Source: Prasinococcaceae sp. CCMP 1430
Taxonomy: Eukaryota > Plantae > Prasinodermophyta
Direction of reading: 5' to 3'
DNA length: 64,000 bases
Assembly (NCBI GenBank): GCA_013416795.1
Contig: RQSC01000027.1
Location: 790,251 to 854,250, forward strand
The translations under genes were made by a program, and so were the position numbers. This document shows, in pieces, positions 1 through 10,538 of this stretch. Under the pieces are notes generated by a model. That model saw only the letters and a program-made list of their open reading frames with translations, made no database searches and had not been told where the DNA came from. Within the stretch, counting starts at the first letter, position 1; each line of letters starts with the position of its first letter.

Positions 1-159
1 GGGGAACGTTGACGCTTGGGGCAGGCGGTTGTGGGCGCCACACGCCGCGCGCGCGCCGCACGCGCGCGCGCGGACCCGCGGTGCGGGCCGGGGGCGCAAG
101 CACGGCCGCGCACGTGCGAGGGCGCTACCGTGCAGACACGGGCACGCAGCTGTGCAGGC

Positions 160-195
160 GCGCAGGGCGCGCAGGGCGCGCAGGGCGCGCAGGGC
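160..195 (+). repeat. Tandem 9-bp repeat (GCGCAGGGC)x4
   Basis: Four direct copies read in the sequence upstream of the first ORF. Confidence 0.8.
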
Positions 196-313
196 TTGAG
201 GCACAAGTGGGTGCGTGGCAGGCGTCGCAACGAGCTGAGCGCCCCGTTCCGCCTACGAACAAGTGCCGGCCGTGAGCAAGGCGTGAGGTGAACGGTGCCA
301 CGTTGCCGAGCGC

Positions 314-1183
314 ATGGCAATGAGCAAAGCGGGCACCAAGCGACGCGGCGCGGTGCGGTCGACGTGCCACTCGTGCGGCCAGTCAGGGTTGCGCGGCCGT
401 GTGGTCGTCGAGTGCGAGGTGTGCGCCACACCGTACCACACGCACGACTGCAGCAACCGCTTCTCGGCCTCCCTCGCGAAGGTGGACGCCACTGCCACCC
501 CGAGCGCAAAAGAGCTGCGGTTGGCGAGCTCACTGCGTCGGCAGCGTACCTTGGCCCAGCAGGCCTTGCATTTGGATGCACGGGCTGGCGGTGGCGAAGG
601 CACCAGCGGCGCCCGCGCCTCGACAGGGGCGGTTGACACAAATGGGCCCTCCCCGAGCGGCAGTGGGACGGAAGGCGAGCGGAGGGACTCAGGGCACGTT
701 ACTGGGCCTTCGAATCCTAAGAAGCGCCGCCGCGTTCACCGGGAGGCAGGGTTGTGCCCCATCTGTGCTGAGGCATGCCCGTGCAACGGCGGGCCCATCC
801 CTTGCCACGTGAGCAAGATGCGCTCGCGGAACAGCACTTTCGGCCCGAAGAAGAAGGGCGTCGACCCCGACGATGCGGCGAGCGCGGTGACCAGCGCATG
901 CTCTCATCACAAAGCACCTGATCTGGCCGACGATGCCTTTGCCGCCGAGTCACACCGCACAACGACAGGCTTCACCAACTCTCCTCGCGCGCGAGTGGAG
1001 CTGAGGCGCGAGAAAGGCGGGCAGTCACTTGCTGCTGATCCTCCGCACAGCCGCGTCGATGCGACAGGACGACCGCTCGCGCAGGCTTGGGTTGACGGCG
1101 CAGACTTCGTGACCCTCAACATTCCCTTGGAGTGCGCTCTCCTCGACATCCCCGACGCCCTCTATTGGGTGGGTGCGGCGTAG
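314..1183 (+). CDS. Cys/His-rich putative zinc-finger nuclear protein (zf-4CXXC_R1-like spacing, split by a low-complexity insert)
   Basis: ATG-initiated 289-aa ORF with TCHSC...CEVC...HTHDC, then CPICAEACPCNGGPIPCH, and an NLS-like PKKRRR. Confidence 0.5.
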   Translation: MAMSKAGTKRRGAVRSTCHSCGQSGLRGRVVVECEVCATPYHTHDCSNRFSASLAKVDATATPSAKELRLASSLRRQRTLAQQALHLDARAGGGEGTSGARASTGAVDTNGPSPSGSGTEGERRDSGHVTGPSNPKKRRRVHREAGLCPICAEACPCNGGPIPCHVSKMRSRNSTFGPKKKGVDPDDAASAVTSACSHHKAPDLADDAFAAESHRTTTGFTNSPRARVELRREKGGQSLAADPPHSRVDATGRPLAQAWVDGADFVTLNIPLECALLDIPDALYWVGAA

Positions 1184-1493
1184 CAGGCTTAGCCAACGAC
1201 CTTCGAGGCCTTGCCGTCGGCACACATGCTGACTATGCCGGCGCCGATGGGCTCGTCAACGAGGTCGCCGCTGCTGTCGGCGCCATCCTCGTGGTGCCCG
1301 CGCTCTCCCCTTAGCAGGCCATAGATAGCAGGCCGTGGCACGGGCAGCTTTGTACATTCTTCGTACAGTAGTCACTAGGCTACAGTAGACTAGTCTTGTC
1401 ACATCATAAGCCAGGGCTGTTTCGGGTCACGTCACAATAATGAGGTGATCCGGACCCGGACTAAGACATCATTTGTGCACATGATCAGGTGAA

Positions 1494-2630
1494 ATGGCAT
1501 TGTCAAGAAGGACTGAAAGCCAGAAACGCGCTCTGCGCGTTCGGCCGGGGGTAGAGGTGCCGGCCACTGCGTGGGCGGCAGGCGCGGCGCCACCTGTCGT
1601 GATGATGCTCCTGCTGCTGTCGCCGGCGAAGACGATCAACCTTGGCGCGAGTGTCGCGGGCGCGCCGCGGCTGGGCGCGCCGCGCTTCCTCTCGCCCGCT
1701 GCGGGCGCCCCCGCCGCGCCCGTACTCAGCGCCGCACGGGCTCTCGGCGAGGAGCAGCTGAAGTCGCTAATGGGCATCTCCGCGCCGCTCGCCAAGCTCA
1801 ATCGCGAGCGGTACGTCGGCTGGGACGACCTTGAGGAGATTCCCGCGGCCGCGGCGTTCGACGGGCCCGCTTTCAAGAAGCTCGCGGCCGGCGAGATGGA
1901 TGCCGCGCAGCTCAAGTCGTGCCAGGCCCGCGTCCGTATCTTGTCGGGTCTCTACGGGCTGCTCAAACCACTCGACGCCGTGCGACCCTACCGGCTCGAG
2001 ATGGGCACGAAGCTTGCCATCGGGGATTCTCCCAACCTCCAGGCGTATTGGCGGCCTCACATAGCGCTGGCGCTCAACGAGGAGCTCGCCGCCGCAGGAA
2101 AGAAGAAGAACGCTCCAGGCAAGATACTCGTCAATGCCGCCAGCCAGGAGTACTTCGCCGCGGTCGACGCGGAGGCGCTCGACCCGGACGTGACGCTACT
2201 CACAGTAGAGTTTCCGGGGCCTGCAGTGTACGCGAAGCAGGCACGGGGCGCGATCTGCAAGTATGCCACTGTGAATGAGTGCGAGACGGCCGAGGACCTC
2301 AAGGGATTCACCGGCGAGGAGGGCGAGTGGACATTTGCGGGCGAGGTGCGTGTCTCTGCGCCATCCACGCCTTTGCACCCCTGCCTTTTGCGAGCGTGGC
2401 GTGGAGTCCGTGCCTGCAGCCGTGTCCCCCAAGCGCGTCTGACACCTTCCCCCCCTTTTGTCCCCTCCCCGCCGTGCATTCATACGTGCGCCCATGTGCC
2501 GCCGCGCATGTGGTAGCGTGAGGCGCCGCTCGCCAAAAAAAGCGACCGCACGCAGCTCGTGTACACCTTCAAGCGCGGCTCCGCCGAGCCTGCCAAGGCC
2601 GCCGCAAAGGGCGGCAAGCGCAAGCGTTAG
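1494..2630 (+). CDS. yaaA: YaaA / DUF328 peroxide-stress DNA-binding protein, 2 exons (1494-2345, 2517-2630)
   Basis: Motifs LLLLSPAKT, LSGLYGLLKPLD..RPYRLEMG, VNAASQEY and AKQARG. Donor GAG|GTGCGT at 2346; the first AG after the CTGAC branch point is at 2516. Exon 2 encodes REAPLAKKSDRTQLVYTFKRGSAEPAKAAAKGGKRKR*. A second in-frame ATG lies at 1602. Confidence 0.9.
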
Positions 2631-2767
2631 TACTGCGATGCTCAGGATGGTCGTGCGCCCGCTAGCGGCGGACGTGTTGTGCCATCGTACATTGCTATGT
2701 TACAGGACGTTCGCTCTGGAGCGGCATCAGTCTCGCGCGCACACGCGCGCGCAGGGCCACGTCCATT

Positions 2768-4288
2768 TCAATCTGCAGCGAGCGCCTTGACTCGTCGCAG
2801 CAGCGCCGCCGGTGCGGCGGCATTCGGCGAGCGCGTGGGGCTCGTGCCCGCCTGCAGCGCCTGCACCGAGCGCAAGAGGTTGCGCCACTTGTCCTTGAGG
2901 TCGACCGCGGTGCGCGACGCCTCGCCCTCGGGGCTGGTGAACATATGCTTGCGGATCTCCGCCCACTTGCTCACGCCGTACCTCTCAACGCCCTCGACGA
3001 GTGCGGTCGTCTCCTCAAGCGTCCACGGCCGGTGGTGCTTGCGCACTCCACTCGCACGCTCGTCGGCACCGTCGTTGTCGGATGCCGACACGCCGCCCCC
3101 GGCCGGGTTGCGCGGGCTCACCGAGCGGCTACGAGTGGCCGTACGCTTGGGCGACGGGTCGTCATCAGCTGCGGCGGCCGTGGTACCGCCGGGCGTGCTG
3201 CGGTTTCGCTTCGAGGCTGGCGCTGCGCCGGCGTACTTCGGATTGGGACGACGGGCGCGCCGGCCGCTACCGAGTGCCGACGATGGAGGCGCGCCCTCGT
3301 CTTCCTCAGCACCCTGCCCGCCGTCGTCCTCGCCGGCCCTCGCGCCATTCCCTTGTGTCGCGGGTGTGTGCTTGCCCCCCGCCCCGCCACTCCGCCTGCC
3401 CGCGCTCTGGGCATTGCCGAACGGGTGCGCCTTGTCGTCGGCCGCCTCTGGCGTCATCGGGTTCGAGTCCGGAGTCTGCAGGCCCTCGAGATTCTTGATG
3501 CGCTTGGCGAGCCACTGGCGGTTGTTTGAAGTGGTCTCGCGGTTGAAGCGCTCCTTGAAAGCCACGCGCAGGTCCTTGAGCGATAACTTGTCGATCTCAT
3601 CCTCCGGCATGTCAGCGATCGCGTCCGCGTTTGGCGTCCGACCTCTCGCGTCGCGTTTGCCCCCGTCTGACGCGCCGGTGCTTATGTATGCGAGCCCCAG
3701 CCCGCCCGCGCCGCGCGATGTGCCGGCGACAGGGGCGGAGCGCACAGAGATGAGCGGCACAACGGTGGGCTGCGGCGGCTCTGCCTCCCTCTTGGACATG
3801 CTCACCATGCGTGCCGTGTTGAAACCTTTGATCGCAGCGAGAGCCCCCGGCTGGGCGAGCAGCGCTTCGTCCAGGCCAGACCCGCCGCCTGCCAACGAAA
3901 ACGTCTTGTTGAAATATTGGGAGTTCGCCGTCTTTTTCCGTTTTCCCGTGCCCAGCCCGACGCCCGACGTGTCCGGCTGGTCGATCTTGCTGTCCGGGAT
4001 GTCAGCGGGCGGCAGCATGTCGGGCACATCCATGACACTTGGCTGGCGCTGCAACGCGGGCGGCGCCGAGGAGGCCGCCGGGCGGCGCGCGAGCCGCGCC
4101 TCCTGGCGCGCGAGCTCGGCGGCCGCGCGACGCAGCGCCTCGGCCTCCCCCTCGAGCGCACGCCGCTCAGCGAGCAGCGCCGCTACCGACCCCCCGGCGC
4201 CCTTGCCCGTCCCCTTCCCGGCGTCCGCGCGCTTGCCGGCGGGCGCTGCGCCGACGTCGTACGCAAACATGCGCGCTGGTGCGGCCAT
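2768..4288 (-). CDS. TRF-like telobox Myb protein (plant TRFL type)
   Basis: C-terminal Myb RPWTLEETTALVEGVERYGVSKWAEI...RTAVDLKDKWRNL and internal TRFL-type motif LRVAFKERFNRETTSNNRQWLAKRI. First ATG at 4288; the frame is open further upstream. Confidence 0.85.
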   Translation of the reverse strand: MAAPARMFAYDVGAAPAGKRADAGKGTGKGAGGSVAALLAERRALEGEAEALRRAAAELARQEARLARRPAASSAPPALQRQPSVMDVPDMLPPADIPDSKIDQPDTSGVGLGTGKRKKTANSQYFNKTFSLAGGGSGLDEALLAQPGALAAIKGFNTARMVSMSKREAEPPQPTVVPLISVRSAPVAGTSRGAGGLGLAYISTGASDGGKRDARGRTPNADAIADMPEDEIDKLSLKDLRVAFKERFNRETTSNNRQWLAKRIKNLEGLQTPDSNPMTPEAADDKAHPFGNAQSAGRRSGGAGGKHTPATQGNGARAGEDDGGQGAEEDEGAPPSSALGSGRRARRPNPKYAGAAPASKRNRSTPGGTTAAAADDDPSPKRTATRSRSVSPRNPAGGGVSASDNDGADERASGVRKHHRPWTLEETTALVEGVERYGVSKWAEIRKHMFTSPEGEASRTAVDLKDKWRNLLRSVQALQAGTSPTRSPNAAAPAALLRRVKALAAD

Positions 4289-4740
4289 CGCGCCCTCCGG
4301 AAAAGTGTGTGTGGTGCGCGGGTGGGGCGGGCGAGGGGAGTCGCCCGCGTTGCTCCGGTCCTCCCCGGGGGCAGCCGCGAGGCTTGCGCCTCCCGCGCGC
4401 CGCGTGGCGCTGGCCCCCTGTCGAGCGCCAGCGGCGCAGGCGCCGCCACGCCGCGCCGCAGCCCTAAAAAAAAACGCGCGCATTTTCACAGCGGGATTCC
4501 GAACTCGCTCCTGTGCACGTCAATCGGCCATCAAAACGCATCGGCGCGTGCGGACACATCACGTCGCACTGGGGGAACACCGGGAACGCGCTCTGCAGGG
4601 GTGGCGTGGCCGGTCTGCAGCTGGAAGTGCCATCCGTGGCTGCGGGGGTGGCGTGCTTGGAGCGCGGTGACCCAGTGCGCCTCGTTCGTTACCAGTGAGC
4701 GCATGCGCGCGCGCGCGTGCGCTGTGCACGAGTAGGGGGC

Positions 4741-7588
4741 TCATCCGGCGCCGGCGCCGACGACGCCTCCCTGGGGCGTCGTAGCAACACCCCTCGCGCG
4801 CACGCCCGACTCTTGCAGCGCTTCCGTGATGTCGCCCTCCGGAGAGATGCCCTCGGCCTCGGCAGTCACACTGTCTGCGCGTTTCCTTGCGCTCATCCGT
4901 TTTTGGAAACTTTTGCTCTTGCGACTGCCACTGCCACCGCGCGGGCTGCTCCCAGTTCTCGCGGCCCGGTCCTCGCCATTGGACGCCGAGGCAGAGCGCT
5001 CTGCGTTTGCGCCAACCGCGTGCGCGCGCTCAGTGGCTCGCCGAACCGCTTCCGCGCGGCGTGCGCGGAGCACGCGCTCCTCCGCGCGCGCCTGGGCGCT
5101 CGCTGAGCGGCTGTCTGCCCTCGTGTTTTTGACGCCGCTGTTGCGTTCGACGCCATTCGTGGCGCTTGCGCTCGCGCGGTGTGCGTGTGCGGCGCCGGTG
5201 CTCCCCACGTCTGTGGCGGTGCCTGCGCTGCCTGCGCTCTTCCCGTGCTGGTCATGCTCCACTTGCATCCCACTCTCAGCCTTCTCCCCGCCGCGCTCGC
5301 TGCCGCCCATAACCCAGGATGCGAAGGCTGCCGCGCCTGACGCTGCCCCAAGCGCTGCGGACGATGCGCTGCTGACGAGGACGTTTTCGCCGGCTCTTCG
5401 CTCGTGCGCACGCGACTGCAAGTCTTCCACGAATGTTCGCCGCCGCTGCCACCGCTGCCGCTCTCGGTCCGACTCAATCACGGCCCGACCGGGCTCCATC
5501 TTTTGCCTCCTGTCGTTGATGACAAAGAGCGGCACAACCGGCAGCTGCGCGTGCGCAAAGCGCATGATCTCCCCCCACAGCGGCGCAGCCACCTTGCTTG
5601 CGGTGGCGTCTTTGCCCATCGGGGCGAAGTCGTCGCGCCCGGCCCACACCACAAGGCTCATTTGGGGTGTGTAGCCCGCGAACCACACGTCGCGCGAGTC
5701 ATCACTCGTCCCCGTCTTGCCTGCCGCCTGGCGGCCAAAGGCGCCCGCGCGGCCCGTGCCGCGCGAGAGCGCGCCTGACAGGCCAAGGTTGAGGCGGCCA
5801 GCCGCTTCGGGCGCACAAACGCTCGTGGTACCGCCGACGTGCTGGAAGACGGCTTCTCCATTGGAGTCCTCAATGCGTTCCACGAAGTACTGCTCCGCTC
5901 GCCGCCCGTTGGCAGCAATGGTGTTGTAGGCGTCGCAGAGCTCGAGCGGGGTGACGGAGCAGCCGCCCAGGCCGAGCGACAGATTGGTCTCGAGCGGGGA
6001 TTCGATGCCCAGCGCGTGCGCCATTTCCACCACCGCCTCTGCTCCCACTTCCTCTAGAAGCTTGACCGCGGGGATGTTGTACGAGCGCACCAGCGCCTCT
6101 TCGAGCGTAACCGTGCCGTGGTACACATCATTATAATTTTGAGGTCGGTAGAGCTCCTCGGTGTCTTCCAGCTCCCACTGTCAGGGGCGCACAGGCGTGC
6201 ATGAGGGCGCACGGGGCCACGCGAGTGCGCCTGGTGTCAGCATGTCGCAATTGGAGGGCGCTGAGGCCGATGGGTGCTTGCACTGACCGCGAGCGCACGC
6301 GTACCTCAGTCTCGTCGTCGACAATGCGCCGCGTGAGGCTATCACCCGCCGCAAGCGCCGCTAGGTATACGAAGGGCTTGAAAGCGCTGCCCGGCGAGCG
6401 GCTCGCCTGCACAGCGCGGTTGAATTGCGAGCGAGCGTAGTCGCGCCCGCCGACCATGACGCGCACCGCGCCGGAGCCAGGCACGCAGCCGACGGCTGCA
6501 GCCTCGGCACCCGCCTTGCCGGCCGCACCCAGCATGTCGTCGGAGCGCAGCAACGACTCCGTGAATTCTTGCGTCTCGATGTCCAGAGTGGTGTGCACGG
6601 CCCACCCGCTCTCCAGCACCGCAATTGCGCCGTAACGGTCGTAGAGCTGGCGCAGCACTTCGTCGACGAAATGCGGCGCGCGATAGGGCCCGGAGCCAGT
6701 GGCAGCAATGGGCAGGCGCACAGGCTCCGAAGAGGCACGCTCGCGCTGAGACTCATCAATGTAGCCGGCGTCGCGCATGCGGCGCAATACCCTGTCCCGC
6801 GCGCGCGCAGTCGCCTCCGGCGCGCGGTAAGGGCTGAGCGCCTCAGGCGCCGGCAGCATGGCGGCGAGCACGGCGGCCTCTTCAAGCTCGAGCTTCGATG
6901 GCGGCTTCTGGAAGTAGGTCGATGCCGCCGCCTCCACGCCGTACGCGCCATGCCCCCAGTACGCGCGATTTATGTACAGCTCGAGGATGGTTTGCTTGTC
7001 CAGCGCGAGGTCCAGCCCGATCGCGAGCGCCATCTCAGCGGCCTTGCGCGAGAGCTTGCGCTCTGAGCTCAGGAAGAGATTCTTTGCGAGCTGCTGCGTG
7101 ATCGTGGAGCCGCCCGTCGCGCCGTCCAGCCCTCCGCCGAAGACAGCCTGTGACACCGAACGCGCCAGTGCGGTTGGCTCGACACCGCAGTGCGAGAAAA
7201 AGTTTTTGTCCTCGGACGCGACGATTGCCTGCCAGAGCTCGGGCGCCACCGTGGCCAGCCTCGCAGGCGACGCCTGATAGCGGTCACTCAGCTTGGCGAG
7301 CACGCGGCCCTTGCAATCGTATATGGTCGTCGGGCCCACGCTCTTGCCGCCCGCCGCCACGCTGCTGCGGCCGCCTGCAAAACGCGCGAGGCGATCGAGG
7401 AAGTCCGGTGGTACGCCCGACGCCACGAAGGTCATTAGGAAGCCCAGCGCCGCGCCGGCGGCCGCTGCCCTGGGATGGCTGGAAACGAACGCCGCGAAGG
7501 ACGCCGCGGCGCTCCCTGCGCGCGCGCTAACCTCGTTGATGAGCCGCTCAGCGGCTTCGCCGCCACCCCCCGCGCTGCGAGGCATCAT
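4741..7588 (-). CDS. Class A penicillin-binding protein 1A (transglycosylase + transpeptidase), 2 exons (7588-6305, 6177-4741); probably plastid-targeted
   Basis: TG motifs EDKNFFSHCGVE, GGSTITQQLAKN, RKAAE and ILELYIN; TP motifs SAFK (SxxK), SYN and KTG. Intron 6178-6304 (GTACGC...CTGACAG) joins DDETE|WELEDTEELYRPQNY in frame. N-terminal hydrophobic anchor AAAGAALGFLMTFVA. The true 5' end may extend to about 7804. Confidence 0.93.
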
Positions 7589-8388
7589 GCGCGCATGTAC
7601 CGCGCAAGCCGCTGCCCCCCGCTGCCGCTGCCGCTGCCGCTGCCGCTCCGCTGCTGCGAGCGGCGCACCCGCAAGCTCCGGCGCGCCAGAGCAGCGTAGG
7701 CACGTCAACCTCCCCAACGCCCGTCGCCACGCCTCGGCCGCGGAGCGCGCCCCCCCGCGCGCTGGCGCTGGGGAACGCGCCGATTCCCGCCACCGCGCGG
7801 CCAATTTCGCGGTGCGCGGCGCGCCGAGCCCGCGCGCTCAGATCTCAGATCAGACCCTACATCCATACCCATATTCCATAACCCGAAGCCACCGACCGCC
7901 CGGACGACGACGACGACGAACGCACACGGCCACTGAAGCCCAAATGCCACACAAGCAACAAACAAACGGCAGAAGGGCGGAGTGCGCAGCCTCCTCGTTC
8001 GGATGTTTTTCCGGGCAGCGCTGCCGCGTCGAAGCGCCGCTCGAGGTGGAGGGGTGTGGCACCTCCTGGATGATTCGCCCGCATTCGGCGGCCCACCGGC
8101 CTCACGACGAGACTGCCGGGCTGGGCAGAAGCTTCTTCCTCGATCAAGACTCGGTCGGTCGGGGTGTGAAGTTCATTCACTGTGTGAAGTGTGGACTGTG
8201 TGTTGTGGAGCGTTATCCTCATCCGCAGTGCGTGCCTGCGCGCCACACGCGCGCGGGCGGGGCTGCCGGGGGGGGGAGGGGGGCTGCCTGCTGCGGACGG
8301 CGTGCGGCGCGCGCGGGCGGCGGCGCGGGTGAAGGTCGCGCGCGGCGGACAGGCCGATGAGGATGACCCGGGCTACGCCGAGGTCTCG

Positions 8389-10425
8389 ATGGAGGCGCTA
8401 CTCAAGGAGGCGCCCACGGCCCTGCCGCGCGAGCTCCCCGGCGGGGTCCCGCCGCCCAGCGCGACGCTCACACAGATGCTGCCGTACCTCTTCCGCCTCG
8501 TCGGGCAGGACAGGCGGCTGTGGCTGCGCTTCGGGGTGGCCATCGCCACCGTGTTCCTGGCCAAGGCGTGCAACATTGCCTCGCCCATCCTCTTCAAGGA
8601 GGCCGTGGACGCGCTAACCGTGGGCGAGGCCGCGGGCGCGGGGGCGGGGGGCGTGCTGGGCTTAGGCGCGGGCGTGGGCGCCGCGCTGGGATTGGGGGCG
8701 GCAGGCGCGGGAGTGGGCTTGGCGGTCTGGGCGCTCATGCTGAGCGGCGCGCTCAAGAGCGTCGGCACGATCGCCAACGAGCTGCGCTCGGTGCTCTTCA
8801 CGCCCGTCGCGCAGGCGGCGGGCAGGCGCGTGTCGTTGCGTGCCTTTGAGCACGTGCTCACGCTCGACGCTGCCTACCACCTCGACCGCTCGACGGGCGC
8901 ACTGAGCCGCATCCTCGACCGCGGCGCGCGCGCCACCTCTACCATCTTCCGCGCGGTGCTCTTTACGTTCGTGCCCACCATGGTCGAGTTCGCGCTCGTG
9001 TGCTGGCTGCTCGCCAAGGCGGTCTCGTGGCAGCTCTCCTTGGCGGTAATCGTCACCTTCGCGCTGTACATCAGCTGGACAGTGGCGCTCACGCAGCGCT
9101 CCGTGGCCGTGCGCAAGGAAGTCAACCGCCTGGACAACCTCGTGAGTGGCAAGAGCGTCGACGCCCTGCTCAACGTTGACACCGTCACCACTTTCACCAA
9201 CGAAGAAATCGAGTCGCGCGCATTCAACCTGCTGCAGACCAAGTACCAGGACGCGACGGTCAGGGCAGAGTACGTGCAGGCGACGCTGAACGGTGGGCAG
9301 GGGCTCATCGTGTGCATGGGCCTCGCGACCGTGCTCTCGCTGGCGGCGATGAAGTGCGCCGCGGGCCAAGCCACGCCCGGCGACGTTGTGCTCGTCAACG
9401 GCCTGGTGCTGCAGCTGTGGGCGCCCCTGAGCTTTCTTGGCTGGTTCTACAGGAACCTTCGGCAGGCTATGGTGGACATGGAGAACCTGTTCGCGCTGCT
9501 GCGCGAGCGACCGACGCTCCGCTCGGGCACGCGCGCGCTGCCGGACGCCACCGCTGGCGGCGCGAGTGTGGAGCTTCGCGGTGTGAAGTTCCACTATCGC
9601 GAGAACATCCCAGTGCTGCGCGGCGTCGACCTTGTCGCCAAGCCCGGTGAGAGCGTTGCGGTTGTCGGGCCAAGCGGCAGCGGGAAGTCAACTATCACCA
9701 AGCTGCTGCTGCGCCAGTACGACGCCACGGAGGGGCAGGTGCTGGTGGACGGCATTGATGTGGTGGACGTGTCGCCGTCCGCGCTGCGCGAGGCGGTCGG
9801 GGTGGTGCCGCAGGACTCGGTGCTTTTCAACGCCACCCTGCGCTACAACGTGCAGTACGGCGATCCGCACGCGCCGCCCGATGCTGTGCACGCAGCGGCC
9901 GACGCCGCCAGCCTGACGCCGCTCATCGATTCGCTACCGGAGGGCTTCGACACCACCGTTGGCGAGCGCGGCCTCAAGCTCAGCGGTGGCGAGAAGCAGC
10001 GCGTGGCCATCGCGCGCGCCATACTGCGCCAGCCGCGGCTGCTGCTGTGCGACGAGGCGACGGCGGCGCTCGACACAGCCACCGAGGCCGCTGTGAGCGC
10101 TAGCTTGCGCCGCGCGAGCGAGGGCCGCACGGTGCTGCTGGTGGCCCACCGCTTGTCGACGGTCATGCACTGCGACCGCATCTACGTGCTCGAGAAGGGC
10201 AGCGTGGTCGAATCTGGCACGCACGAGGAGCTGCTCGCGCTGCCCGGCGGCACGTACCGAGCCATGTGGAGCCTGCAGGCGGAGGGCCTGCGTGACCTCG
10301 ACGAGGACGAGGAGGCACAGATGCTGCGCGCGCTGAAGGAGGGGAACTTCGCGAACGGCGACGCCTCGAGCGCCGTGGCGTCTGCCGCCGCTCCCGCCGG
10401 CGCCGGCGTCTCCACGGGGGAGTGA
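8389..10425 (+). CDS. ABCB half-transporter, ATM1/ABCB7/HMT1 type
   Basis: TM domain with YHLDRSTGALSRILDRG; Walker A GPSGSGKST; Q-loop VVPQD; signature LSGGEKQR; Walker B LLLCDEATAALD; H-loop AHRLST. A transit-peptide-like open frame upstream (from about 8229) lacks an ATG, so a 5' exon may be missing. Confidence 0.92.
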   Translation: MEALLKEAPTALPRELPGGVPPPSATLTQMLPYLFRLVGQDRRLWLRFGVAIATVFLAKACNIASPILFKEAVDALTVGEAAGAGAGGVLGLGAGVGAALGLGAAGAGVGLAVWALMLSGALKSVGTIANELRSVLFTPVAQAAGRRVSLRAFEHVLTLDAAYHLDRSTGALSRILDRGARATSTIFRAVLFTFVPTMVEFALVCWLLAKAVSWQLSLAVIVTFALYISWTVALTQRSVAVRKEVNRLDNLVSGKSVDALLNVDTVTTFTNEEIESRAFNLLQTKYQDATVRAEYVQATLNGGQGLIVCMGLATVLSLAAMKCAAGQATPGDVVLVNGLVLQLWAPLSFLGWFYRNLRQAMVDMENLFALLRERPTLRSGTRALPDATAGGASVELRGVKFHYRENIPVLRGVDLVAKPGESVAVVGPSGSGKSTITKLLLRQYDATEGQVLVDGIDVVDVSPSALREAVGVVPQDSVLFNATLRYNVQYGDPHAPPDAVHAAADAASLTPLIDSLPEGFDTTVGERGLKLSGGEKQRVAIARAILRQPRLLLCDEATAALDTATEAAVSASLRRASEGRTVLLVAHRLSTVMHCDRIYVLEKGSVVESGTHEELLALPGGTYRAMWSLQAEGLRDLDEDEEAQMLRALKEGNFANGDASSAVASAAAPAGAGVSTGE

Positions 10426-10538
10426 GAGCTTCTGAGTGCCATACATTGTACAGTACAGTAAGGCTATCATACATTTTGGCAGCACGCGCAGCAGCCTTGC
10501 GTAGTGGGGTGCACCGATCCGCACCGTCGCCGCCTTCC

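Noticed and set aside
700-720. TTCGAATCC, resembling a tRNA T-loop
   Set aside because: It lies inside an ORF and has no cloverleaf or A-box.
1181-1323. Open frame continuing after two in-frame TAGs, suggesting TAG-to-Gln reassignment as in some ulvophytes
   Set aside because: YaaA, NOL10, Wss1, the PhyH-like and the ARM genes all end at TAG, and no conserved gene has an internal TAG.
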